Shown one piece after another: positions 1-10,430 of a DNA stretch of 64,000 bases. Source of the stretch: Bdellovibrionota bacterium (GTDB lineage Bacteria; Bdellovibrionota_C; UBA2361; CAKMMH01). The notes beneath the pieces were generated by a model that was not told where the DNA came from, did no database searches, and saw nothing but the letters and a program-made list of their open reading frames with translations. Where the stretch lies: assembly GCA_050952645.1 (NCBI GenBank), contig JBMNLI010000010.1:32001-96000 (forward strand), read 5' to 3'. Position 1 is the first letter of the stretch. Every line of letters starts with the position of its first letter. The position numbers were made by a program, and so were the translations under genes.

Positions 1-1
1 T

Positions 2-556
2 TCTTTTGATATATCAAATAGAGAAGAAACATTTACAGCACTTACTAACGATATAGAAAAAAATAGCGTATATTATGGCGTTATTTGTAATGCTGGAATA
101 GCACTAGATAATCCTTTTCCTATACTTGAAGAAGAAGAGTGGGATAAAGTTTTACGCACAAACTTAGATGGGTTTTATAATGTTTTAAAATCACTAGTAA
201 TGCCAATGGTTCAAAGACGCACTCAAGGAAGAATTATTACCATATCATCAATCTCCGGGCTTATAGGAAATAGAGGACAAGTAAATTACTCTGCATCAAA
301 AGCAGGTATTATAGGTGCCACTAAAGCTTTAGCCGTTGAACTTGCAAAACATAAAATAACTGTAAATTGCATTGCCCCAGGGGTTATAGATACCGAGATG
401 ACTAAAGATTTTAATGTAGATGAAATTAAAAAAGCGATCCCAATGCGGCGCATGGGAACTGGAAAAGAGGTAGCTAGCCTTGTAAGTTATCTTTTATCGG
501 AGAATGCTAGTTATATTACTAGGCAAGTTATTTCCGTTAATGGAGGTATCATCTAA
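2..556 (+). CDS. fabG: 3-oxoacyl-ACP reductase (FabG-like SDR, ApeQ-type), 5'-partial
   Basis: Frame is open from position 2 (FDISNREE...YYGVICNAGI...NLDGFYNV). It has the SDR NAG and YSASK motifs and the GNRGQVNY...ITRQVISVNGG ending typical of aryl-polyene ketoreductases. Confidence 0.9.
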   Translation, partial: SFDISNREETFTALTNDIEKNSVYYGVICNAGIALDNPFPILEEEEWDKVLRTNLDGFYNVLKSLVMPMVQRRTQGRIITISSISGLIGNRGQVNYSASKAGIIGATKALAVELAKHKITVNCIAPGVIDTEMTKDFNVDEIKKAIPMRRMGTGKEVASLVSYLLSENASYITRQVISVNGGII

Positions 557-1780
557 ATGCGTAGAGTAGTCGTTACAGGTATGGGGTTAGTAAGTGCATT
601 AGGTCTAGATGTAGCTTCTTCGTTTAAAAGATTACATACATACAAAAATGAGGTTGTAAACCTAAGTGAGTTAAAAAAATTTAAAGGTTTAAATGCAAAT
701 TTAGCATCGGTAATAAAAGATTTTAACCCTCCTAAAGATTTAACTAGAAAAGATTTACGCACCATGGGTCCCGTTTCAGTTTTGGCCGTAGTCGCTTCAA
801 AAGAAGCTTTAAAACAAGCAAAACTAGAAGATAGTGAAGAAATAACTAACGGAAAAACTGGAGTTGCTTATGGTTCTTCTTTTGGTTCAGTCGAGCCGTT
901 TCTCGATTTTTATAATATGATAGTAACTTGCGAGGTTTCAACCATCACATCTTCTAGTTATATAAAACTAATGCCTCAAACAGCAGCAGTTAATTTATCG
1001 CTATACTTTAAAACTACTGGAAGAATTATCCCTACAAATACGGCTTGCACCTCAGGAAGTCTTTCGATAGGTTATTCTTATGAAGCGATAAAAAGAGGCG
1101 ACCAAGATATAATGATAGCAGGTGGAGCTGAAGAATTTAGCCCGACACAAGTGGCAATTTTTGACACTATGTTTGCTACTAGCACTAAAAACGATGCGCC
1201 CTCTCTAACCCCTGCCCCATTCGATAAAGACAGAGACGGGCTAGTTATAGGAGAAGGAGCAGGGACTCTTATTTTAGAAGAATACGAACATGCAAAGAAA
1301 AGAGGCGTGCCTATGTTTGCAGAGCTCGTAGGCTTTGGCACTAATACTGATGGAACTCATATCACTCAGCCTACTTATAAAACTATGAAAATTTGCATGG
1401 AGCAAGCTTTAAAATCGGCAAACTTAAAATCTTCAAACATTGGCTATATAAACGCACACGGGACGGCTACTGCTCGAGGAGATATTGCTGAAACGACGGC
1501 AACAAGAGAGCTTTTTGGGGAAAGCACTCCTATAAGTTCGCTTAAAAGCTATGTTGGGCACACGCTTGGCGCTTGTGGAGCCTTAGAAGCGATATGGACT
1601 ATTATGATGATGAATAATAACTGGTTTGCTCCGACACTAAACTTAAATACTCTAGATGAAAATTGTGGCAAACTCGATTATATTATGGGTGAGGCTAGAA
1701 ATATTCAAACGGATTATGTAATGTCGAACAATTTTGCTTTTGGTGGTATTAACACATCGCTAGTGTTTAAAAAAATTTAA
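557..1780 (+). CDS. beta-ketoacyl-ACP synthase (FabF-like, ApeR-type)
   Basis: MRRVVVTGMG start, TACTSG catalytic Cys, NAHGTAT, KSYVGHTLGA and NNFAFGG motifs. Directly abuts the fabG stop. Confidence 0.92.
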   Translation: MRRVVVTGMGLVSALGLDVASSFKRLHTYKNEVVNLSELKKFKGLNANLASVIKDFNPPKDLTRKDLRTMGPVSVLAVVASKEALKQAKLEDSEEITNGKTGVAYGSSFGSVEPFLDFYNMIVTCEVSTITSSSYIKLMPQTAAVNLSLYFKTTGRIIPTNTACTSGSLSIGYSYEAIKRGDQDIMIAGGAEEFSPTQVAIFDTMFATSTKNDAPSLTPAPFDKDRDGLVIGEGAGTLILEEYEHAKKRGVPMFAELVGFGTNTDGTHITQPTYKTMKICMEQALKSANLKSSNIGYINAHGTATARGDIAETTATRELFGESTPISSLKSYVGHTLGACGALEAIWTIMMMNNNWFAPTLNLNTLDENCGKLDYIMGEARNIQTDYVMSNNFAFGGINTSLVFKKI

Positions 1781-1827
1781 AACTCGAAATAAAATATTTA
1801 AAACAATTTATTCAGGAAAATATATTT

Positions 1828-2781
1828 ATGAAAATTTTTATAACAGGTATAGCAGGGTTTATCGGTTCTAATTTAGCAGAAAAATTAAATGCTTTAGGAG
1901 CTGATGTAGTAGGTGTCGATTCATTTGAAGATTACTATAATCCTAAATTTAAAAGGCATACTGCAAAAATATTAGAAAAACAGGGGATAAAAGTTTACGA
2001 ACTTAATTTATGTAGCGATGATTTAAGTAAAGCACTAGAAGACTCTAAGGTTATTTACCACATTGCAGCACAACCTGGCAATGATGCAAAGACGCCATTT
2101 GATAATTACGTAAAAAATAATATTTATGCTACTTACAATTTATTAAACCAAGTTAAAAATTTAAAGACTCTTAAATCTTTTATCAACATTGCCACTTCTT
2201 CAGTCTATGGATTTTACGCAACTAGTAGCGAAAGCGAAACGCCACTTCCAGTTTCTCCCTATGGGATAACTAAACTTGCCGCTGAACATCTAGTAATGTC
2301 AGAGCGTAGGAATAACGGCTTTCCTGCTTGTTCTTGTAGGTTGTTTTCAGTTTTTGGAAAAAGAGAAAGACCCGATAAGCTATATCCAAAGCTTATAAAA
2401 GCGCTCGATAACGACACTAAGTTTCCTTTATTTGATGGAAGTTTAGAACACACTAGAAGTTTTACTAATATTGAGGATATCGTAGATGGACTTATATTAG
2501 TATTAAATAAATGGGATAAAGCCGAAGGCGAAATTTTTAATTTAGGAACTGATGAGCAAAGCACGACTAAAGAGGGAATAGAGATTGCAGAAAAATTATT
2601 TAATAAGAAATTAAAAATCGACCTTCTTCCTAAACGCCTAGGAGACCAAATAGCAACGCATGCAAATATAAAAAAGATAAATGATATTTTAGGCTACACA
2701 CCAAAAGTGTCTTTAAAAGAAGGTTTAGAAAATATGATCCATTGGTATTTAAGTGAAGTTAAAGGTATTGTAGAGTATTAG
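1828..2781 (+). CDS. NAD-dependent epimerase/dehydratase (UDP-glucuronate 4-epimerase-like extended SDR)
   Basis: TGIAGFIG Rossmann motif, HIAAQPG, TSSVYG, YGITK catalytic motif, ERPD. Confidence 0.88.
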   Translation: MKIFITGIAGFIGSNLAEKLNALGADVVGVDSFEDYYNPKFKRHTAKILEKQGIKVYELNLCSDDLSKALEDSKVIYHIAAQPGNDAKTPFDNYVKNNIYATYNLLNQVKNLKTLKSFINIATSSVYGFYATSSESETPLPVSPYGITKLAAEHLVMSERRNNGFPACSCRLFSVFGKRERPDKLYPKLIKALDNDTKFPLFDGSLEHTRSFTNIEDIVDGLILVLNKWDKAEGEIFNLGTDEQSTTKEGIEIAEKLFNKKLKIDLLPKRLGDQIATHANIKKINDILGYTPKVSLKEGLENMIHWYLSEVKGIVEY

Positions 2782-2807
2782 GTTTTTTCGTTCTTTAACG
2801 TTTTAAC

Positions 2808-3019
2808 TTAAACTTTTCCTTTATTTTTCACGTATACTATGTTTTTTAAGAGCTCAATACTTAAGGTCTAAGACTGGTATTTGTCGTTTCTTAGAGAGTG
2901 CGTATTTACGTTTGCTATTTTAACAATTTATATGAGTGTTTCTTAACTTTTCTTAAATTATTTTGAGTATGTTATAAAGTTAAAATTAAATTTTATACGT
3001 AAAATAAAGGAAAGTTTAA
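2808..3019. repeat. Long imperfect inverted repeat between the convergent epimerase and secY genes
   Basis: ttaaacttttcctttatttttcacgtata (2808-2836) pairs with tatacgtaaaataaaggaaagtttaa (2994-3019). Confidence 0.7.
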
Positions 3020-3040
3020 AATTAAATGCTATATTTTACC

Positions 3041-4408
3041 TTATCTACGAAATAATTTTCCACCTTTATGTCCGAAAGCTCCACTAATGCCTGCTTTTGA
3101 TTTAGTAGCTTTAGCCATAAACTCTTCATAATTTCTAGAAACTAAAATAGACTGTATTTGATTCATAGTATCTAAAACTACACCAACTACAATCAAAATC
3201 GATGTTCCACCAAATACATACGAGAAAGCCTCAAGACCTAATTGGGAATAGATAATCCTAGGCAATATACAAATAGCTGCTATATAAATACCCCCCCAAA
3301 AGGTAAGCTTATTTAATATATCAAAGAAAAAGTCTGCCGTCTCTTTCCCTGGCCTAACAGTAGGAATAAAACCACCGTTTTTTTGCATATTCTCAGCCAT
3401 TTCCTCGGGGTTAAACATCATGGCAGTAGCATAATAACAAAATATAAAAATCAAAATAGCAAAAACTATATTATACCATACATTGCTAGGATGAAGAAAA
3501 GATAAAAAATATTTAACTTTTTCATTAGTTACGAAACCAGCAATAGTTGCAGGTATCATTAATAATGAAGATGCGAAAATCGGAGGAATAACTCCAGCCA
3601 TATTAACTTTTAAAGGAATGTATTGAACTTGCTTTTGACTTACCATCGAATTATTTACCATACGTCTTGGATATTGAACTGGTATCTTTCTTGCCGATTT
3701 TTCAACAAATACTATTAAGAAAAACGTAGCAACACAAAATAGTATTCCTAATATTACTAAAAGAGGATTTACACTTCCTCTAGCAAGCGCAATAGTTTGC
3801 CCAAAAACTTGAGGCATTCTTGCTACGATACCTGCAAAAATAATTATACTAATTCCATTTCCTATCCCATGCTCCGTAATTTGCTCACCTAGCCACATTA
3901 TAAAAGCAGTCCCCGCCGTCAATGTAACCATAGTCAAAAATATAAATCCAATCCCAGGGGTTAAAACTAAATGGCTTTTCTGTAAACCTATCGCAATCAT
4001 ACAACTTTGAAATAGCGCTAAAACAACCGTTCCTTGCCTAGTCCATCTAGTAAGTATGCGACGCCCTGCCTCGCCCTCTTTCTTTAAAGCCGCTAGTGCT
4101 GGGAAGAGTGGAGTTATAAATTGTATAATAATAGAAACTGAAATATAAGGCATTATCCCTAAAGTAAATATAGAAAAGTTCTCAAACGAACCACCTGAAA
4201 ACATATTGAATAAATCGAAAATCGTTCCTGAGCTACCACTATCTCCAAACCCGAGTCTCGCTCTAAGAGTTGCAACATCTACCCCTGGCGTTGGAACGAA
4301 AACTCCAAACCTATAAACTACTAACATTAAAAGTGTAAAAATAAGCCTCTTTTTTAGTTCTGGAATACTCCCTTTTATAATATTACCCATACTATCTAAA
4401 CTTGACAT
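3041..4408 (-). CDS. secY: preprotein translocase subunit SecY
   Basis: SIFTLGIMPYISVSII, WLGEQITEHGIGNGIS, AGVIPPIFA, FGGTSILIVVGV; located after rplO. Confidence 0.98.
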   Translation of the reverse strand: MSSLDSMGNIIKGSIPELKKRLIFTLLMLVVYRFGVFVPTPGVDVATLRARLGFGDSGSSGTIFDLFNMFSGGSFENFSIFTLGIMPYISVSIIIQFITPLFPALAALKKEGEAGRRILTRWTRQGTVVLALFQSCMIAIGLQKSHLVLTPGIGFIFLTMVTLTAGTAFIMWLGEQITEHGIGNGISIIIFAGIVARMPQVFGQTIALARGSVNPLLVILGILFCVATFFLIVFVEKSARKIPVQYPRRMVNNSMVSQKQVQYIPLKVNMAGVIPPIFASSLLMIPATIAGFVTNEKVKYFLSFLHPSNVWYNIVFAILIFIFCYYATAMMFNPEEMAENMQKNGGFIPTVRPGKETADFFFDILNKLTFWGGIYIAAICILPRIIYSQLGLEAFSYVFGGTSILIVVGVVLDTMNQIQSILVSRNYEEFMAKATKSKAGISGAFGHKGGKLFRR

Positions 4409-4481
4409 ACACTATTTTCCTATATAAAACTAAACTCTATTTAGACTTTAAAAAAACAAATAAAAAACAAATCTAAAAAAC

Positions 4482-4547
4482 AAAAAAAGCCAATAAATAA
4501 ATCTTATAATTAAAAAATAACTTATAAAGATTTACTCATTGGCTTTT
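4482..4547 (-). terminator. Long stem-loop with U-tract between rplO and secY
   Basis: aaaagccaat (4485-4494) / attggctttt (4538-4547) plus an inner taaatctt-ataa / ttataaagattta stem. The minus-strand RNA ends in U7. Confidence 0.6.
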
Positions 4548-4599
4548 AACAATATCATAACAACCCAAACTTATAAATATAAAAAACTATAACTTAAAC

Positions 4600-5058
4600 T
4601 TATAATAACTCTACTACTCCACCAGCATCTTGAACTTTTTGAAGAGCAGATTTCGTTATAGCATTAATTCTTATAGTTAATTTCTTAGTAAGTCCACCAC
4701 AACCAAGAAGCTTAAACCCAGCTTTTTGTTTAGGTGAACACTTAAATCCCATTTTATATAATAACTCAGCATCTACAACTGTGCCATCTTCTAAAGCTTC
4801 TAAATCACCACACTTAACTAATGAATACTTGTTTATGCCACAAGCTTGTTTCCTAGATATGAAACCAATATCAGGGATTCTCCTATATAAAGGCATTTGA
4901 CCGCCTTCAAATATTGGGGAAATATTGCCGCCTGAACGAGCTCCTTGTCCCTTTTCTCCTCTTGCGCTCGTGCGACCGTAGCCTGAACCATTACCACGCC
5001 CTAGTCTCTTTCTATTTTTTCTTGCTCTTTTATTTCCTTTTAAATTACTTAAATCCAT
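4600..5058 (-). CDS. rplO: 50S ribosomal protein uL15
   Basis: RLGRGNGSG..KGQGARSGG..FEGGQMPLYRRIP. Confidence 0.97.
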   Translation of the reverse strand: MDLSNLKGNKRARKNRKRLGRGNGSGYGRTSARGEKGQGARSGGNISPIFEGGQMPLYRRIPDIGFISRKQACGINKYSLVKCGDLEALEDGTVVDAELLYKMGFKCSPKQKAGFKLLGCGGLTKKLTIRINAITKSALQKVQDAGGVVELL

Positions 5059-5113
5059 TAACGACTCTCCCTAAAATCAAACTTAAAATTTTATGTTTAA
5101 ATAACTCTGTAAT

Positions 5114-5314
5114 TTATAATTTTTCAATAGAAACTAAATGTTCCACCCTATTTATCATACCATAAATACATTTATTAAACGTATGCTCTTTTTTACGACC
5201 CGTTCTACCTAAACCTAATGCATTTAAAGTAGCTAAAACTGGTTTAGTTCTTCTACCTGAGCCTCTTACTTGAGTAATAAGTATCTTATCTCCTTCTTTT
5301 AATTCCAATTTCAT
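5114..5314 (-). CDS. rpmD: 50S ribosomal protein uL30
   Basis: ITQVRG..TLNALGL..GMINRVEHLV; between rpsE and rplO. Confidence 0.93.
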   Translation of the reverse strand: MKLELKEGDKILITQVRGSGRRTKPVLATLNALGLGRTGRKKEHTFNKCIYGMINRVEHLVSIEKL

Positions 5315-5421
5315 ATAACTTACACGCTCCCTAATAACTTTCTATAAATTAATTTTCTATAAATCTATATAAAACAAACTAAAAACAAAAACTAACAAGC
5401 TTGAATTAGTAACACTCAAGT

Positions 5422-5961
5422 TTAATAAGCTTGATAGTCTAATTCTTCTATGGTTTTTCCTCTCAATTTTGCTATATCTTCAGGCTCATCTAAGTTTAAT
5501 AAACCATTTAATGTAGCTTGTAAAATATTTTGTGCCGAATTACTACCTATACACTTAGTTCTAATATCTTGTATACCTACAGATTCCACGATAGCACGAA
5601 CTGAAGCACTCGCTATAACCCCCGTTCCTGGATTTGCTGGCTTTAATACTACTTTTGCAGAACCAAACGTTCCTACTATATCATGAGGAATAGTCATCCC
5701 TCTTAAAGGAATTTTAACGATATTCTTTCTTGCAGCATCTGAAGCTTTCTTTATCGCCTCAGGAACCTCAGCGGCTTTTCCTAATCCAAAACCTACATGT
5801 CCCTGTCCATCACCCGTAACTACGATAGCACTAAAACTAAAACGACGCCCACCACTTACTACTTTTGCAACACGGCTCACCGCAACAGTCTTATCCGTTA
5901 GCTCTCCACACGCCGCCATTGGCACTCTTTTTGTCTGTATCAACTTAGCAATAGAACTCAT
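5422..5961 (-). CDS. rpsE: 30S ribosomal protein uS5
   Basis: [36 protein letters not shown]. Confidence 0.97.
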   Translation of the reverse strand: MSSIAKLIQTKRVPMAACGELTDKTVAVSRVAKVVSGGRRFSFSAIVVTGDGQGHVGFGLGKAAEVPEAIKKASDAARKNIVKIPLRGMTIPHDIVGTFGSAKVVLKPANPGTGVIASASVRAIVESVGIQDIRTKCIGSNSAQNILQATLNGLLNLDEPEDIAKLRGKTIEELDYQAY

Positions 5962-5995
5962 ACTCTTTTTTATCCTTTAATAAAATAAACTATTC

Positions 5996-6406
5996 TTAAA
6001 TTTGCATTCCGCCAGCTCTTAACCCCTCGGCTAAAGCTTTTACTCTACCCGTATAAACATACCCATTTCTATCAAAAACTATATTATTTATATTCTTCTC
6101 TTTAGCTTTTTTAGCAAGAACTTGTCCTAAATTAAAAGCAGCACGAATACTCTTAGAACTTTTTGAAGAGTTTATAACTACATCACCCTCAATTTTATCT
6201 ACTCCTTGCATAACACCTTTATCTCTAGTAGAAGCACTTAACAATGTTTTTCCATCGGTATCTGAAATTATTTGTGCATAAGTATATTTAGAACTTTTAA
6301 AAACACTTACTCTAGGTCTTTCATTCGTTCCAGAAATAATTTTTCTAATTCTAAGCTTACATCTTTGTCTTGGAGTCAACTTTTCTTTTTTACTCTTTAT
6401 AGCCAT
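5996..6406 (-). CDS. rplR: 50S ribosomal protein uL18
   Basis: GTNERPRVSVFKS..YAQII..VFDRNGYVYTGRVKALAE. Confidence 0.96.
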   Translation of the reverse strand: MAIKSKKEKLTPRQRCKLRIRKIISGTNERPRVSVFKSSKYTYAQIISDTDGKTLLSASTRDKGVMQGVDKIEGDVVINSSKSSKSIRAAFNLGQVLAKKAKEKNINNIVFDRNGYVYTGRVKALAEGLRAGGMQI

Positions 6407-6492
6407 TTTATTTTCCTTAAATCAAATTATCTTAATTATAAATATTATATATAAAATACATTAAATAATTTTTAAAAACTTTAATTTCTATC

Positions 6493-7023
6493 TTACTTCT
6501 TACCAGTCTTACCAGCTTTCCTACGCACATACTCACCTTTATATCTTATTCCCTTACCCAAATACGGCTCAGGCGGTGCAACCTTTCTAACTTTTGAAGC
6601 AAAATTACCTAAAAGCTGTTTATCGATAGACTCTAAAGTGATATCAGTCTTACTAGCAGTGCAAGTAATCATAGCAGGAACAGGAATCTTCACTTCATGA
6701 GAAAATCCAACTGATAAACAAATCGTATTACCATCCATTCGGACAGTATAACCAACACCTTGAAGCTCAAGCTCTTTTTTCCAAGGCGTCACTACGCCTT
6801 GCACCATGTTATGAAGGTTCGACCTAGTAGTGCCATATAAAGCCTTATACTCTTCTCCTAAACTAGATACGATTAAATAATCGCCATCTTGCTTTACCTC
6901 AACACCAGAAGCACATTCATAACTTAAAGTTCCTTTAGGTCCAGTAATAGAAACGATATTTCCATCTATTTTAGCTTTAACACTAGAACCCAAACTAATC
7001 GGCTGTTTTCCTATTCTTGACAT
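6493..7023 (-). CDS. rplF: 50S ribosomal protein uL6
   Basis: MSRIGKQPI..GPKGTL..PPEPYLGKGIRY. Confidence 0.97.
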   Translation of the reverse strand: MSRIGKQPISLGSSVKAKIDGNIVSITGPKGTLSYECASGVEVKQDGDYLIVSSLGEEYKALYGTTRSNLHNMVQGVVTPWKKELELQGVGYTVRMDGNTICLSVGFSHEVKIPVPAMITCTASKTDITLESIDKQLLGNFASKVRKVAPPEPYLGKGIRYKGEYVRRKAGKTGKK

Positions 7024-7102
7024 TTAACACCTTAAATTAAAAAAAACTAATCAACAAATATTAGTAAACTATTATAAATAAACTATACTAATAAACACGA
7101 TA

Positions 7103-7504
7103 CTAATAAACGTAAGCTAAAATCTCACCACCAATTCCTTTTTGGCGAGATTCAACATCGGATATCACCCCTTCTGAGGTAGACACGATAGCCATCCCTA
7201 GTCCACAATGAACTTTAGGAATATTATTAGCTTTTGCATATACTCTACGCCCAGATTTACTTACTCTTTTGCAATCTTTAATAGCAGGTCTACCCGTTTC
7301 AGAATATTTTAACTCAACCTCATATTCATCAAATTTACCATTCTTATCTTTCTTTGTAGTAAATTCCTTTATAAAGCCTTCCTTAGCTAACAACTCTAAA
7401 ATGCTTTTAGCAACCTTAGAAGCACGTATTCTAACGGTTTTATGCTGTCTAGAGTGAGCATTTTTTATTCTTATTAACAAGTCTGCAATCGGATCTATTA
7501 TCAT
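7103..7504 (-). CDS. rpsH: 30S ribosomal protein uS8
   Basis: DPIADLLIRIKNA..RVSKSGRRVY..STSEGV..GIGGE. Confidence 0.97.
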   Translation of the reverse strand: MIIDPIADLLIRIKNAHSRQHKTVRIRASKVAKSILELLAKEGFIKEFTTKKDKNGKFDEYEVELKYSETGRPAIKDCKRVSKSGRRVYAKANNIPKVHCGLGMAIVSTSEGVISDVESRQKGIGGEILAYVY

Positions 7505-7535
7505 TTTAACATTCTCTATATAAATAAATTTTAAA

Positions 7536-7721
7536 TTACCAACTAGCCTTAGTTACACCTGGAAGCATTCCTTGGTGTGCTAATTCTCTTAAACAAATAC
7601 GACATAGTTTAAATTTTCTGTAAACAGAACGTGGTCTACCACATCTTTGACAACGTGTATATTCACGCACTTCAAATCTCTGTTTTTTATTACATTTTTC
7701 TATAAGCGATTTCTTTGCCAC
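7536..7721 (-). CDS. rpsN: 30S ribosomal protein uS14, zinc-binding (type Z), GTG start
   Basis: 61 aa, [25 protein letters not shown]. Confidence 0.96.
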   Translation of the reverse strand: MAKKSLIEKCNKKQRFEVREYTRCQRCGRPRSVYRKFKLCRICLRELAHQGMLPGVTKASW

Positions 7722-7797
7722 TTTATATCTCCATTTTTGGCTAAATTAAAAAAAATACCTTTAACGTAAAAAATCTAAAAACATCTAAAAACAAAGA

Positions 7798-8349
7798 CTA
7801 ATTACGAAAAGGCAAACCCATAAGTTGTAAAAGCATTAAAGCTTCTTCATTCGTTTTAGCGGTAGTAACAAAAGTTATATCCATACCTCTAATTTTATCT
7901 AGCTTTTCAACCTCTATCTCAGGAAAAACTATTTGTTCTTTTATACCTAAATTATAATTACCTCTGCCATCGAAAGACCTCTTAGATAACCCTCTGAAGT
8001 CGCGAACTCGAGGTAGTGCAATCGAAACTAGGCGATCAAAAAAATTGTTCATTCTTGACCTTCTTAAAGTTACCATGCAACCGATAGGATAGCCTTCTCT
8101 TAATTTAAAATTAGAGATCGACTTTCTAGCTTTAGTAACTACTATCTTTTGTCCCGAAATTCTTTCCATAGCATACTTAGCATGCTCTAGAGCTTTCGAG
8201 TTGTGTACAGCCTCGCCAACTCCAGAACTTAAAACTATTTTTTTCAACCTTGGAACTTCCATAATCGATGAATAATTAAACTCTTTCATCAATGCTGGCA
8301 CCACTTCGGTTTTATACTTTTGCTCTATTCTATCCATTTTTAACCCCAC
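7798..8349 (-). CDS. rplE: 50S ribosomal protein uL5
   Basis: [43 protein letters not shown]. Confidence 0.97.
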   Translation of the reverse strand: MGLKMDRIEQKYKTEVVPALMKEFNYSSIMEVPRLKKIVLSSGVGEAVHNSKALEHAKYAMERISGQKIVVTKARKSISNFKLREGYPIGCMVTLRRSRMNNFFDRLVSIALPRVRDFRGLSKRSFDGRGNYNLGIKEQIVFPEIEVEKLDKIRGMDITFVTTAKTNEEALMLLQLMGLPFRN

Positions 8350-8460
8350 ACTTTAATTTCTAATTTAATTTATATTTTAATTTCTAATTTTTATTCTTTT
8401 TCTAATTCTAATCTTTACTTTAAATTTAGTTTAAATTTTTATTTATAAAAAACACTTAAA

Positions 8461-8820
8461 TTAAATTTGCACGAACTCTTTAGACTCACGATCTATATAC
8501 CCTCTTACCTTTGTACCATCTGCTAATATTTTTTTACAAAGTCTTACGGGGCGAGCTGCCTTGTCTGCATAATACATAACGTTAGAAATATGAATAGGTC
8601 CTTCCTTAACTACTCTTTGCGTAGGTTCATTAGCACTTCTAGCTTTTTGGTGTCTCGCTATAAAGTTTATCCCCTCGACTAACACTCTATCCTTACCTAC
8701 AAATTTTAATATTTTACCGATTTTTCCTTTATTATTTCTTTTTTCGCCACTTCCCCCAGCAATAACCATTACGCTATCGCCTACCTTTAGTGATGTTTTT
8801 ATTCTTTTTGTTAATGCCAT
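8461..8820 (-). CDS. rplX: 50S ribosomal protein uL24
   Basis: KVGDSVMVIAG..VLVEGIN..EGPIHISNV. Confidence 0.96.
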   Translation of the reverse strand: MALTKRIKTSLKVGDSVMVIAGGSGEKRNNKGKIGKILKFVGKDRVLVEGINFIARHQKARSANEPTQRVVKEGPIHISNVMYYADKAARPVRLCKKILADGTKVRGYIDRESKEFVQI

Positions 8821-8866
8821 CTTATAATCCTTTAAAACTTTTAGATCATATAAGTTAAATTAAATA

Positions 8867-9238
8867 TTACAAAACTTCTGGTGCTAAAGAAATTATTTTC
8901 ATAAATTTTTTAGCACGAAGCTCTCTTGCAACTGGTCCAAATATACGAGTACCAAGAGGTTCATTCGTTTTCTTATCTACTAGCACTGCTGCGCTATCAT
9001 CAAACTTAATATACGACCCATCAGGTCTTTTAACTTCTTGACTAACTCTTACTATAACCGCTCTTTGAATAGTTCCTTTCTTTATTTTAGTATTCGGCAT
9101 AGCCTCTTTAACTGAAACTGCTACCACATCTCCTATCGTAGCATAGCGTCTCTTAGAGCCACCTAATACTTTTATACAAACAAGCTTTTTTGCACCAGAA
9201 TTATCAGCAACGTTTAATTTAGAATTTACTTGTATCAT
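8867..9238 (-). CDS. rplN: 50S ribosomal protein uL14
   Basis: [30 protein letters not shown]. Confidence 0.98.
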   Translation of the reverse strand: MIQVNSKLNVADNSGAKKLVCIKVLGGSKRRYATIGDVVAVSVKEAMPNTKIKKGTIQRAVIVRVSQEVKRPDGSYIKFDDSAAVLVDKKTNEPLGTRIFGPVARELRAKKFMKIISLAPEVL

Positions 9239-9289
9239 TATAATATACCCTTTATATACTTTTATATTTATATACTTTTATATATTTTC

Positions 9290-9583
9290 TTATTCTGCCC
9301 TAGTTAAAATTTCTTGCACTGCCCAACGTTTTCTTCTACTTAACGGTCTAGTTTCTACAATTTTTACAGTATCACCAATATTGCAAGCATTATCCTTATC
9401 GTGTGCTAAATACTTTACCGTTCTTTTAACATACTTTCCATACGGCTCAACCTTAGTATGTTCAGTAATGGAAACTGTAATGGTTTTATCCATCTTATCG
9501 CTAATCACAGTGCCTATACGAAGCTTTCTCTTTCCTCTTTTTTGTGCAGATACGTTTTTGTCTGATATATTTTCTTGTGTCAT
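9290..9583 (-). CDS. rpsQ: 30S ribosomal protein uS17
   Basis: GTVISDKMDKTITV..AHD..GDTVKIVETRPLSRRKRW. Confidence 0.97.
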   Translation of the reverse strand: MTQENISDKNVSAQKRGKRKLRIGTVISDKMDKTITVSITEHTKVEPYGKYVKRTVKYLAHDKDNACNIGDTVKIVETRPLSRRKRWAVQEILTRAE

Positions 9584-9617
9584 ATTAATTTCCTAAAAAT
9601 TTTTATATATTATTTAT

Positions 9618-9827
9618 TTACTTTACTTCTAGTTTTTTCTTAGCTAAAACCGTTTTAACCCTAGCTAGATTTTTTTTAGCTAAAGAAACCAAATGACTTT
9701 TATCTAGTTGCCCAGTAGCAATGCGAAATCTATATTTCATAATTTCTTCTCTTAACAATTTTTCTCTTTCATTAAGAGCTACTACATCTAAACTTTCAAG
9801 CTCTTTAAGATAATCTGTATTTTTCAT
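9618..9827 (-). CDS. rpmC: 50S ribosomal protein uL29
   Basis: RFRIATGQL..KKNLARVKT; between rplP and rpsQ. Confidence 0.94.
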   Translation of the reverse strand: MKNTDYLKELESLDVVALNEREKLLREEIMKYRFRIATGQLDKSHLVSLAKKNLARVKTVLAKKKLEVK

Positions 9828-9854
9828 TTAAATTCCCCTATTATAATTTCTCTA

Positions 9855-10280
9855 TTATAAAAGACTTCCACTTCGTGAAACGATTTTACACCTTAAAGGC
9901 ATCTTAGCGGCAGCTCTCGTTAAAGCACCAAAGGCTACTTCCTTAGAAACTCCAGTCACTTCATACAAAAGCTTCCCAGCTCTAACCTCAGCAACCCACT
10001 GCTCAGGAGCCCCTTTACCTTTACCCATACGAACCTCAGCAGGCTTAGATGTTAAAGGCTTATCTGGAAATATTTTTATCCAAAGCTTTCCACCACGTCT
10101 CATATGACGGTTAACTGCTACCCTTCCAGCCTCTATTTGTCTAGCTGAAACCCAACCAGACTCTAAAGCTCTTAATCCATAATCTCCGAAGCTAAGTTCA
10201 CACCCACGAGTTTCAGTTCCTCTTAAGTGGCTAACTTTCTTCATCTGCTTTCTATATTTTGGTTTTTTTGGCAGTAACAT
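9855..10280 (-). CDS. rplP: 50S ribosomal protein uL16
   Basis: [33 protein letters not shown]. Confidence 0.97.
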   Translation of the reverse strand: MLLPKKPKYRKQMKKVSHLRGTETRGCELSFGDYGLRALESGWVSARQIEAGRVAVNRHMRRGGKLWIKIFPDKPLTSKPAEVRMGKGKGAPEQWVAEVRAGKLLYEVTGVSKEVAFGALTRAAAKMPLRCKIVSRSGSLL

Positions 10281-10430
10281 AATATATAAATCCCAAAAAA
10301 TTAGCGTAAAATTTTGTAAAAATTAAACTTAATAAAAATAATATATTTTTATTACAGCTTCAAGAGCTTACAACAAATCTTACACATAATAAATTATATT
10401 AAACAATAAAATAAACTATAAAATTAGAAG

